The notes under the pieces: model-generated
Seen by the model: only the letters and a program-made list of their open reading frames with translations
Database searches by the model: none
Told to the model about the DNA's origin: nothing
IMG/VR virus record: IMGVR_UViG_3300012944_000001
Span: 32,001-96,000 of that record
Strand: one strand, 5' to 3'
DNA from: a virus
DNA: 64,000 nucleotides
Position numbers and translations under genes: made by a program
Shown: positions 19,233-26,222 of the stretch, piece by piece
How positions within the stretch are numbered: position 1 is the first letter of the stretch
Layout of the letters: each line of letters starts with the position of its first letter

Positions 19233-19438
19233 CTTTAGTAAATACTAAAGGAGGTAAATATGTTTATGGATCCAAGCATTTATAAGGATATTGAAATACT
19301 TAAAGTTCAAGTTGAAGGTTTAAAACAAATTATAAATACTCTTGTAGGAGAAACTCCAGGTATTAATGATTTAGTTCATATTAACTATGATTTTACTCAA
19401 GAGTTAACTAAACTCAGAAAGCTGGGAGAGTTAATTTA

Positions 19439-19759
19439 ATGGGTTATTATTCTACATTTGAAGTACTAGAGACAGATATTATTGACGCTTATACAGTATT
19501 AAATGATTTGACTGAGTCAGACTGGGATAGTTCGCCCGGTTTTTCCTATTGGGATTCTAATAATAGTGTTCATTCATATGATTCAGCTAAGTGGTATGAC
19601 TGGTTGACAGATCTGGGACAGCTTGCTAGACTCTACCCAGACAGTTACTTAGTAATGGAACGTCGTGGAGAAGAATCCCCTGATATTTCCAGAGTCATAG
19701 TAAAGCACGGAAAAGCCGTAGAGATTGAGCCAGAGCTGGTGTGGCCTGAAGTTCTGTGA
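19439..19759 (+). CDS. Hypothetical phage protein
   Basis: MGYY...KWYDW..DL...YP......GEE motif. Confidence 0.75.
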   Translation: MGYYSTFEVLETDIIDAYTVLNDLTESDWDSSPGFSYWDSNNSVHSYDSAKWYDWLTDLGQLARLYPDSYLVMERRGEESPDISRVIVKHGKAVEIEPELVWPEVL

Positions 19760-19813
19760 TACAGTAGAGCAACCGTACGCCATGCGACGGTATATAAATA
19801 GGGCATGGCGCCT

Positions 19814-19885
19814 GGACTCATAGCTCAATGGTAGAGCACCAGCTTGTCACGCTGAAGGTTGCCGGTTCGAATCCGGTTGGGTCCG
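19814..19885 (+). tRNA. tRNA-Asp(GTC)
   Basis: CAGC-TTGTCAC-GCTG; cloverleaf. Confidence 0.95.
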
Positions 19886-19900
19886 CGTTAAGGAGAGATA

Positions 19901-20068
19901 ATGGCTAACCTAAGTGCTAAATATGCTGCAATGACTAATGAACAACTCAAAGCTGAAATAGTAAGACTTAAGCGCCTTAAGAAAGAGACGCTAGATATTA
20001 ATACAGTAAAGAGCTATAACGCAGAAATACTTCGTATAGTTAAGGTCTTAGAAGTAAGAGGTTTATAA
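19901..20068 (+). CDS. 55-aa helical protein (paralog of 20090..20251)
   Basis: AAGGAG RBS; read manually. Confidence 0.65.
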   Translation: MANLSAKYAAMTNEQLKAEIVRLKRLKKETLDINTVKSYNAEILRIVKVLEVRGL

Positions 20069-20089
20069 TCTTTAACGTGTGGAGCAAAC

Positions 20090-20251
20090 ATGAATTCAAG
20101 GTATGATTCTTGGAGCACTGATGATCTATTAGTAGAGATCATCAGATTAAAGCAGAGGATAAAAGAGTCTCTGACAGTATATGGCTCTACACTTGATAAA
20201 GATAAATTATTAGCAATTACTAAAGTATTAGAAAAAAGACGTAATAATTAA
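20090..20251 (+). CDS. 53-aa helical protein (paralog of 19901..20068)
   Basis: GGAG RBS; read manually. Confidence 0.65.
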   Translation: MNSRYDSWSTDDLLVEIIRLKQRIKESLTVYGSTLDKDKLLAITKVLEKRRNN

Positions 20252-20252
20252 T

Positions 20253-20323
20253 GCCGCTATCGTATATAGGTAGTATGCAAGCTTCTCACGCTTGTGGACA
20301 GAGTTCGAATCTCTGTAGCGGTA
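20253..20323 (+). tRNA. tRNA-Glu(CTC)
   Basis: CAAGC-TTCTCAC-GCTTG. Confidence 0.9.
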
Positions 20324-20521
20324 CTAGCAACACACCTTACAGGTCTTCAGAGTGTCGTGCTTTCTGAGATAAAAGAAAAGCGGCTCGTTAGCCAAAATAG
20401 AGATAGGCTGCCTGTTTGATGCTAACAAACCGAGGAAGTATGTGTGGGACTAGACTCGGATACTACTGATATAGGTATGCTTAGTGTGTACACACTAATT
20501 GGCAAAGGTATCAGTAGGTAT

Positions 20522-20593
20522 GCCCCCATCGTATATTGGTTAGTATCTGAGGCTTTCAATCTCAAGGAGAGGGTTCAATTCCCTCTGGGGGTA
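20522..20593 (+). tRNA. tRNA-Glu(TTC)
   Basis: TGAGG-CTTTCAA-TCTCA. Confidence 0.9.
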
Positions 20594-20849
20594 CGTAGCA
20601 CGTAATGGGATACTCTTCGGAGTAGGAGTGCGTTCCGGGAGATCACCCATTCGATCCTCTGGGTAGCATAGGAGCGGCGCGAACAAGGGAAGGGCCGCCA
20701 GGTAGGAGATACTGCATTCTGTGGCAGGAATGTAAGCAGGCATAAGGGATGAGCCTACCAGCCACTTAAACTAAATAACCTTTCTGAGATACAATTAGAT
20801 TGCTATAGCGATTACTGTTAAAGTAATTCTTTCTAGAAAGGTTCAAATA

Positions 20850-21164
20850 ATGGCTTTTACGTATTCACTTGTTACAGTGAACAACCTTGCTGTTGGTGAC
20901 CAGGTACGTGCCGCTGTTGCTGCTGATGGACATGCTTATGTGTTCCCAGTTCCAACAACTGGTGGCGCTTCTTTCCCAACAACAGTTCGTGCTATTTACC
21001 CAGCAGCAGTACCTCCTGGAACTGATAGTGCGGGTAACCCAGTTACCAATACTTCTGTTCTTTGGACAATTCAGTTAAACAACAGCTCTGTGTTCAATCT
21101 ACCAACAGACTTCACTTTGAATGTTGGAACAGACTTTGTTGTCAAGGCTACTGGTACAGCGTAA
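20850..21164 (+). CDS. Thr/Val-rich beta protein, possibly virion-associated
   Basis: AAAGG RBS; codon usage resembles the structural genes. Confidence 0.7.
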   Translation: MAFTYSLVTVNNLAVGDQVRAAVAADGHAYVFPVPTTGGASFPTTVRAIYPAAVPPGTDSAGNPVTNTSVLWTIQLNNSSVFNLPTDFTLNVGTDFVVKATGTA

Positions 21165-21217
21165 GCTTTACTCCTAGTGGGACGTATGGTATCCTCCTTG
21201 CTGTACGTCCCACCCAG

Positions 21218-21291
21218 GCCCCTATAGCTCATGTAGGCAGAGCAGCGCTCTTGTAAAGCGCAGGCGGAGGGTGCAAGTCCTTCTGGGGGCT
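21218..21291 (+). tRNA. tRNA-Thr(TGT)
   Basis: GCGCT-CTTGTAA-AGCGC; variant T loop TGCAAGT. Confidence 0.9.
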
Positions 21292-21309
21292 CTTTAAAGA
21301 AAGGTTATT

Positions 21310-21507
21310 ATGAAAATCTCTGATCCTATAATTCAGGAAGCATTAAATTCTGGAGCAGCTATTGGTATGGATAATTATCCAGAACATTATGCGGTAGTCT
21401 TGACAAACGGAGACTACTACATGTATCCTGACTATCCTAGCAACGACGTACGACACTTACTTGAAACAAAAAGTGTTGAGTTAGTGGACTGCTGGAAAGT
21501 TTTGTAG
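21310..21507 (+). CDS. Hypothetical protein
   Basis: AAAGG RBS. Confidence 0.65.
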   Translation: MKISDPIIQEALNSGAAIGMDNYPEHYAVVLTNGDYYMYPDYPSNDVRHLLETKSVELVDCWKVL

Positions 21508-21521
21508 TATCTTAGCTTTAT

Positions 21522-21595
21522 GCTCCAGTATCCCAACGGTAGAGGACATAGTCTCAAAAACTATGATAGTGTCGGTTCAAATCCGACCTGGAGTA
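21522..21595 (+). tRNA. tRNA-Leu(CAA), short variable loop
   Basis: ATAGT-CTCAAAA-ACTAT. Confidence 0.9.
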
Positions 21596-21730
21596 CAGCG
21601 CGGGTTCTTTCCAATAGTACTGAGGAAACCTCGTTAGTTACTGTAGTTTAAGTAAGCCCAGGCTAATTAAAAAACACTCAACCTAGGATAAGAGAGATAT
21701 GACCTGCTTGGTGGTCATCAGTAACGTTAT

Positions 21731-21803
21731 GGTTCTATAGCCCAATGGCAGAGGCATTCGACTTAAAATCGAAACAGTGACGGTTCGAGTCCGTCTAGAA
21801 CTA
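21731..21803 (+). tRNA. tRNA-Leu(TAA), reads UUA, short variable loop
   Basis: TTCGA-CTTAAAA-TCGAA. Confidence 0.9.
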
Positions 21804-21880
21804 CTTGACTAGAGACGTATGAGAAGGTAGACTCATAATCTATCAGAAGGCTACGACGAACTGTAGGCTCTCTAGTTTAT

Positions 21881-21956
21881 GCTCCTGTAGCCCAATTTTG
21901 GCAGAGGCGTCGGTTTTAGGTACCGAAGGTTGTCAGTTCGAGTCTGACCAGGAGTA
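21881..21956 (+). tRNA. tRNA-Leu(TAG), short variable loop
   Basis: TCGGT-TTTAGGT-ACCGA. Confidence 0.9.
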
Positions 21957-21990
21957 CGTTTTACAAAATCCATAAAAGGAGGCAACTGAT

Positions 21991-22206
21991 ATGGGGTTTG
22001 ACGTTACTCAAATTCTAGGATTTTTGGGACCTATTGGTCTTATGGGAGCATTTCTACTCTTTATGATTATGCGTAAGGGATGGGGATGGGCTCAGTTTGT
22101 TACAGCTTTTGTTTTTACTCTGTTGGTAGCTTCTGCACTTCCTGCCTTGCCACAAGCAATGCACAATGGTATGGTAGGCGTTATCAATGCATTTCAAAGT
22201 AAGTGA
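21991..22206 (+). CDS. Small membrane protein with two hydrophobic helices
   Basis: AAGGAGG RBS; hydrophobic sequence. Confidence 0.75.
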   Translation: MGFDVTQILGFLGPIGLMGAFLLFMIMRKGWGWAQFVTAFVFTLLVASALPALPQAMHNGMVGVINAFQSK

Positions 22207-22227
22207 TTAATAGCCCTTCGGGGTTTT

Positions 22228-22298
22228 AGGAATATACGTCAATGGAAGACTAGCGGCCTCCAAATCCGCTGATGTGGGTTCGAATCCTACTATTCCTG
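22228..22298 (+). tRNA. tRNA-Trp(CCA)
   Basis: GCGG-C-CTCCAAA-T-CCGC; cloverleaf. Confidence 0.9.
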
Positions 22299-22299
22299 C

Positions 22300-22328
22300 T
22301 TGACAGAGACTAACAACTCTGTTAGTAT
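22300..22328 (+). promoter_or_regulatory. Promoter upstream of tRNA-Asn, the Y-RNA-like array and Ro60
   Basis: TTGACA-17 nt-TAGTAT. Confidence 0.7.
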
Positions 22329-22364
22329 CAGTAAAATACCTTCCTCCTTGTAGGTAAGGTTTAT

Positions 22365-22436
22365 TCCTTGATAGCTCAATGGCAGAGCAGTCGACTGTTA
22401 ATCGACCGGTTGTTGGTTCGAATCCAGCTCAGGGAG
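22365..22436 (+). tRNA. tRNA-Asn(GTT)
   Basis: GTCGA-CTGTTAA-TCGAC; canonical. Confidence 0.95.
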
Positions 22437-22497
22437 CCTTAGCCCCTTTTCAAGCCTCTCGATGAAGCTCAAATGAGAAGGGCCAAAATTTAAATTT

Positions 22498-22619
22498 GTG
22501 ACGATGCGAAGAATAGAGTTACTTCGGTTAATTAGTGGTTCGATTCCATTCTCTGTAGTAAAACACAGATAGGCGAGTATAAAAACTCGTACATACTTTA
22601 TTCAAATTTTTCTAGTCAC
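22498..22619 (+). ncRNA. Y-RNA-like element 1 (T-arm-containing cargo)
   Basis: GTGAC/GTCAC terminal stem, GATGCG, GAATAGAGT/ACTTTATTC stem, TACTTC, TTTCTA; cargo contains GTGG-TTCGATT-CCAT. Confidence 0.7.
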
Positions 22620-22625
22620 TTAAAC

Positions 22626-22718
22626 TTGATAGAAGGTTGGGGTAGCCTGCTAGCGGCTGTAATCGGGCGAAAACGTCCCTTGTAATACTGATACGAACGT
22701 TCACATCCCTTCTATCAA
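22626..22718 (+). ncRNA. Unclassified structured RNA inside the array
   Basis: Perfect 11-bp closing stem TTGATAGAAGG/CCTTCTATCAA and two internal hairpins; lacks the array motifs. Confidence 0.5.
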
Positions 22719-22725
22719 CTAACTT

Positions 22726-22866
22726 GACAGCGATGCGCAGATAAGAGATACTTCACAGGGAACTCCGGGTCGTAGGTTCGAATCCTACTCTATCGACTCT
22801 TCGGTAGATAGCTCAGTGGTAGAGCAGGGGTATATAAAGAACTTTTATCGACTTTTTCTAGCTGTC
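22726..22866 (+). ncRNA. YrlA-like Y RNA, element 2 (circularly permuted tRNA-like domain)
   Basis: GACAGC/GCTGTC stem plus array motifs; the T arm GTAGG-TTCGAAT-CCTAC precedes a closed acceptor-like hairpin and then a D arm TA-GCTC-AGTGGTA-GAGC; adjacent to Ro60. Confidence 0.85.
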
Positions 22867-22874
22867 TTTATTTT

Positions 22875-22967
22875 TATGACCAATGCGTAGGCACGGGGTT
22901 ACTTCAAATTAATTGATAATTGACGGGCATAGCCCAGTAAACCTCAGCCGATTATTTCTAGGTCATA
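22875..22967 (+). ncRNA. Y-RNA-like element 3
   Basis: TATGACC/GGTCATA stem, AATGCG, GGC..GGGGT/ACCTC.GCC stem, TACTTC, TTTCTA. Confidence 0.7.
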
Positions 22968-22979
22968 TAACTTAATATT

Positions 22980-23054
22980 TCTACCCGATGCGACGCCGCC
23001 GGTTACTTCAACCCTTCGCAGAAAAAATCCGGCCGCACATTTTTCTAGGGTGGA
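22980..23054 (+). ncRNA. Y-RNA-like element 4 (minimal cargo)
   Basis: TCTACCC/GGGTGGA stem, GATGCG, GCCGG/CCGGC stem, TACTTC, TTTCTA. Confidence 0.7.
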
Positions 23055-23061
23055 TCATTTT

Positions 23062-23169
23062 AGTTCCGATGCGTGGATTACTGGTTACTTCAATGCTAAT
23101 GAAAAGGTACGGTTCGAATCCGTTTAAGGCATGGCGCCCACACACCAGAAATCATTATTTCTAGGAACT
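23062..23169 (+). ncRNA. Y-RNA-like element 5 (anticodon-arm plus T-arm cargo)
   Basis: AGTTCC/GGAACT stem, GATGCG, GATTACTGGT/ACCAGAAATC stem, TACTTC, TTTCTA; cargo TTCA-ATGCTAA-TGAA then ACGG-TTCGAAT-CCGT. Confidence 0.7.
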
Positions 23170-23179
23170 TATTAATCTT

Positions 23180-23220
23180 CCCCTTGGTTAGGCATAGCCT
23201 TACTTGAGGGGTTTATTTTT
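23180..23220 (+). terminator. Terminator-like hairpin between the RNA array and Ro60
   Basis: CCCCT...AGGC/GCCT...AGGGG followed by TTTATTTTT. Confidence 0.55.
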
Positions 23221-23254
23221 ATCTACTTAACGTACCACAACATAGGAGGATACA

Positions 23255-24874
23255 ATGGGTAAGTTCAATAAGGTTAACAGCACAGGCGTTCAGTCACCTA
23301 TAAAGACTGTAGGAAAGATTATTAATCATGATGCTCGTGTAGCTTTTGCGCGGGATACCCAGTCTGAACTGTATTTGTTTGCAGTATCCAACTTTGTTGG
23401 TCAGGATACGTTCTATGAGAATGCTAAGGCCAGCGATGATCGCTTTGTTATCCTTTCTCAAAAGGCCGCTGTAGCAGATCGTGCCTGGTTTGGCTACTTC
23501 GTGAGCTGGCTTCGTAACGAGGCATTCATGCGTAGTGCTGCTGTTGTGGCGGCTGTTGAGGGTGCCAAGGCATTACACGCGGCTGAGTCGTTTGTAGGGG
23601 CTGAGAATGCCTCCTGGCCCCGTCATATAGTTAGTGCTGCTCAAGCACGAGCTGATGAGCCCGGTGAAGTATTAGGATACTATGAAGCTAAGTACGGTAA
23701 GAATTTCCCGGCTTGGTTAAAGAAGGGTGTTGCGGACGGCGCAAAGCGTCTCTATAATGAGTATTCTCTTCTTAAGTACGATACAGTTTCTCACGGTTAT
23801 CGTTTTTCTGATGTAATTCAGCTTACTCACCCTAAGCCTGATAATGAAATACAGGAACAACTATTTAAGTACGCGATGAATAGTCGATACAATAACACAG
23901 AGTTTGTTGGCCGAGAGAATCATCTGCCCATGATAGAGACTCGTAAGGCTATTATGGAAATGCCTGTTCGTAGTCGAAAGGCACTTATAGGTAAGGGCGG
24001 AACAGAGGTACAGAGCCTATTCAAGAATGCAGGAATGACGTGGGAAGCTCTGTCTGGCTGGCTTCAGGGTCCTATGGATGCTGCGGCTTGGGAAGCCGTT
24101 ATTCCTTCTATGGGATACATGGCGCTGCTTCGTAATCTTCGTAATTTCCAGAATGCTGGTATCCGTGCTAAGGTGCTGAAGGAAGTTCTTGGTAAGCTTG
24201 CTGATTTCGAGCAGGTTGCAAAGAGTAAGCAGTTCCCTTTCCGATTCCTTGCTGCTTACCAGGCAAATAAGGATAATCTACAGATCTCTGCCGCGCTAGA
24301 GAGTGCTTTGCAGGCTTCTTTGGCCAATGTCCCTTCCCTTAATGGGAATAGCTTGATTCTAGTTGATCGCTCTGGTAGCATGTTCCAGACTGGTGGAGGT
24401 GTCCAAGGACTCGATCGTGCAGACACGGCTGCTATTTTCGGTACCGCTCTGGCTATGCAAGCAGAAAAGGCTGATCTTGTGCAGTACGGTTCAGCATGGT
24501 ATGGTCAGGATAGTTCTTCCAAGGTAGTATCTTTCCGTAAGGGGAATTCTATTCTGCCGATGCTCAGTAAGTTTGAGAATCTTGGCGGAACAGACACCAC
24601 TGGAGCTATTAAGCGACACTTGACACCGAAGCATGACCGAGTTATTCTCATCACTGATGAGCAGTACAACGGCTATGGTGTCGATCCAGGAAGCATTGTT
24701 CCTGCTAAGATTCCGATGTACACTTGGAATCTTGGAGGATATCAAGCGGCTCACAGTGAGTCTGGTTCAAAGAAGCGTCACACCTTTGGCGGATTGACTG
24801 ATAAGGCATTTGTACAGATTCCTATGATTGAGGCTGGGCAGAATGCTGTATGGCCTTGGGAGGCTAAGAAGTGA
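23255..24874 (+). CDS. rsr: Ro60/TROVE-domain RNA-binding protein with C-terminal vWA domain
   Basis: TROVE motifs (TFYE, RADEPGE, KYD, TWEALS, MGYMALLRNLRN, SKQFPFRF); vWA MIDAS LVDRSGSM, GGTD and ITDEQ. Confidence 0.95.
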   Translation: MGKFNKVNSTGVQSPIKTVGKIINHDARVAFARDTQSELYLFAVSNFVGQDTFYENAKASDDRFVILSQKAAVADRAWFGYFVSWLRNEAFMRSAAVVAAVEGAKALHAAESFVGAENASWPRHIVSAAQARADEPGEVLGYYEAKYGKNFPAWLKKGVADGAKRLYNEYSLLKYDTVSHGYRFSDVIQLTHPKPDNEIQEQLFKYAMNSRYNNTEFVGRENHLPMIETRKAIMEMPVRSRKALIGKGGTEVQSLFKNAGMTWEALSGWLQGPMDAAAWEAVIPSMGYMALLRNLRNFQNAGIRAKVLKEVLGKLADFEQVAKSKQFPFRFLAAYQANKDNLQISAALESALQASLANVPSLNGNSLILVDRSGSMFQTGGGVQGLDRADTAAIFGTALAMQAEKADLVQYGSAWYGQDSSSKVVSFRKGNSILPMLSKFENLGGTDTTGAIKRHLTPKHDRVILITDEQYNGYGVDPGSIVPAKIPMYTWNLGGYQAAHSESGSKKRHTFGGLTDKAFVQIPMIEAGQNAVWPWEAKK

Positions 24875-24963
24875 GTAGGTGGTTCTGTATTTTTTGTCGA
24901 GAATGGTGGAAGCCGAGAGAAGCAAAGTGTCCAACATGTAGCCGACCAAAACCGTTGTCTTGA
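24871..24963 (+). CDS. 30-aa zinc finger (WxCxxC-x10-CxxC) coupled to Ro60
   Basis: GTG overlaps the Ro60 TGA; GGGAGG RBS; MSRWFCIFCREWWKPREAKCPTCSRPKPLS. Confidence 0.6.
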   Translation: MSRWFCIFCREWWKPREAKCPTCSRPKPLS

Positions 24964-24989
24964 CTTTGACTCATACGATCTGATACAGT
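24960..24989 (+). promoter_or_regulatory. Promoter upstream of the tRNA-Ala/Lys block
   Basis: TTGACT-18 nt-TACAGT. Confidence 0.6.
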
Positions 24990-25036
24990 ATTAAGAGCAG
25001 TTGGCGGACTGCCCTCTAGTAAAAAACCGCCACGAT

Positions 25037-25109
25037 GGGCCTATAGCATAATTGGGAATGCACCTCTTTTGCAAGGAGACGAGTGTCGGTTCGAATCCGA
25101 CTAGGTCCA
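25037..25109 (+). tRNA. tRNA-Ala(TGC)
   Basis: G3:U70 pair; loop TTTGCAA. Confidence 0.9.
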
Positions 25110-25236
25110 CGCGGAAGTCCGTATTAGCTACCTAAACCGGTTGGGTCGGACCCAGAACGCTAATAACATGGGATAACAGAATATTAAAGAAAGTTAATTC
25201 GGCCGAATTATACCTACTAGTATTTTGCCCATGCAT

Positions 25237-25309
25237 GCTCCGTTAGCTCAGTTGGTAGAGCATTCGCCTCTTAAGCGACAGGTCGTCCGTTCAAGTCGGA
25301 CACGGAGCA
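25237..25309 (+). tRNA. tRNA-Lys(CTT)
   Basis: TCGC-CTCTTAA-GCGA. Confidence 0.95.
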
Positions 25310-25351
25310 CTGAGTTTTAGTAGCGCGGTTTCTCTAAAAAACCGGGACAAT

Positions 25352-25424
25352 GATTCCTTAGCTCAGTTGGTAGAGCAGCGGACTTTTAATCCGAAGCGCG
25401 TCGGTTCGAGCCCGACAGGAATCA
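25352..25424 (+). tRNA. tRNA-Lys(TTT)
   Basis: CGGA-CTTTTAA-TCCG. Confidence 0.95.
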
Positions 25425-25577
25425 CATGAATATATTGAGAGATCTTTATACAGTTAAAGGTTTATGGTATTACGTGTGTCCACGTCCAAAATGTAAATTC
25501 ACTACTGTAAGTAACTTAACATCTAGAGCTGATGCTATCGGAGCAAGAGCTAATCATGAGAGGGAACACGATAATTA

Positions 25578-26144
25578 ATGATCACTCCTCAGCCTGGAGA
25601 CTTTGGATTAGTCGCCATTAAAGGCGGTGTAGGTAAACTGATCCGTATTGGTCAATGGTTGAATGGTGATGGTTTCAATGACTATGAACATGCTTTCATC
25701 TATATTGGTGAGGGTAAGATAGTAGAAGCTGAACCAGGCGGAGCACTTCTATCAGATATAAGTGGGTATGATGGTAGATTCATTCTATGGTCTACAGGTC
25801 TTATTCCTTTGACTGATATTCAAAGAAGTTCTATAATAGACATGGCTCTAAAACAAATTGGCACACCTTATAGTTTCTTAGATTATTTTGCTATAGCGCT
25901 TTATAGAGTTGGTATTCGTCATCCAAAAGTATCTGATAGAGTTATCAGTTCAAAACATTTGATATGCTCTCAGTTAGTTGCCCAAGACTATGCCGATTCG
26001 GGAGCACCCGTAACAAAGTATCCACCTTACCTGGTGACCCCTGGACGTTTGGCAGACTTTTTGGTAAGCTTCAGACACACAAAACGTCTAGGCAAGATGG
26101 TTCAAAAATCTGGATCAAATAGCATTAATATTCAAATAGCCTAG
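25578..26144 (+). CDS. Permuted papain-like NlpC/P60 (YiiX/YaeF-type) enzyme
   Basis: PGDF...HAFIYIG..IVEA...GTPYS...CSQLV, with His before Cys. Confidence 0.85.
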   Translation: MITPQPGDFGLVAIKGGVGKLIRIGQWLNGDGFNDYEHAFIYIGEGKIVEAEPGGALLSDISGYDGRFILWSTGLIPLTDIQRSSIIDMALKQIGTPYSFLDYFAIALYRVGIRHPKVSDRVISSKHLICSQLVAQDYADSGAPVTKYPPYLVTPGRLADFLVSFRHTKRLGKMVQKSGSNSINIQIA

Positions 26145-26149
26145 ATTAT

Positions 26150-26222
26150 GCATCCATAGCTCAACGGATAGAGCACTTGATTACGGATCAAGAGGTTGGG
26201 GGTTCGAATCCCTCTGGATGCA
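26150..26222 (+). tRNA. tRNA-Arg(ACG)
   Basis: CTTGA-TTACGGA-TCAAG. Confidence 0.95.

Noticed and set aside
22760-22830. Ordinary tRNA gene or tRNA pseudogene
   Set aside because: The T arm precedes the D arm, the acceptor stem is closed by a loop and there is no anticodon loop, which is YrlA-like.
22498-23169. CRISPR array or simple repeat-spacer array
   Set aside because: Conserved parts are short motifs within covarying stems, unit lengths vary from 75 to 141 nt, and no cas gene is present. It is better explained as structured RNAs.
25110-25165. HDV-like (theta) ribozyme after tRNA-Ala
   Set aside because: The helix order resembles P1-P2-P3, but P1 is only 5 bp, does not start at the tRNA 3' end, and L3/P1.1/J4-2 do not match the consensus. 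Kept only as a pseudoknot.
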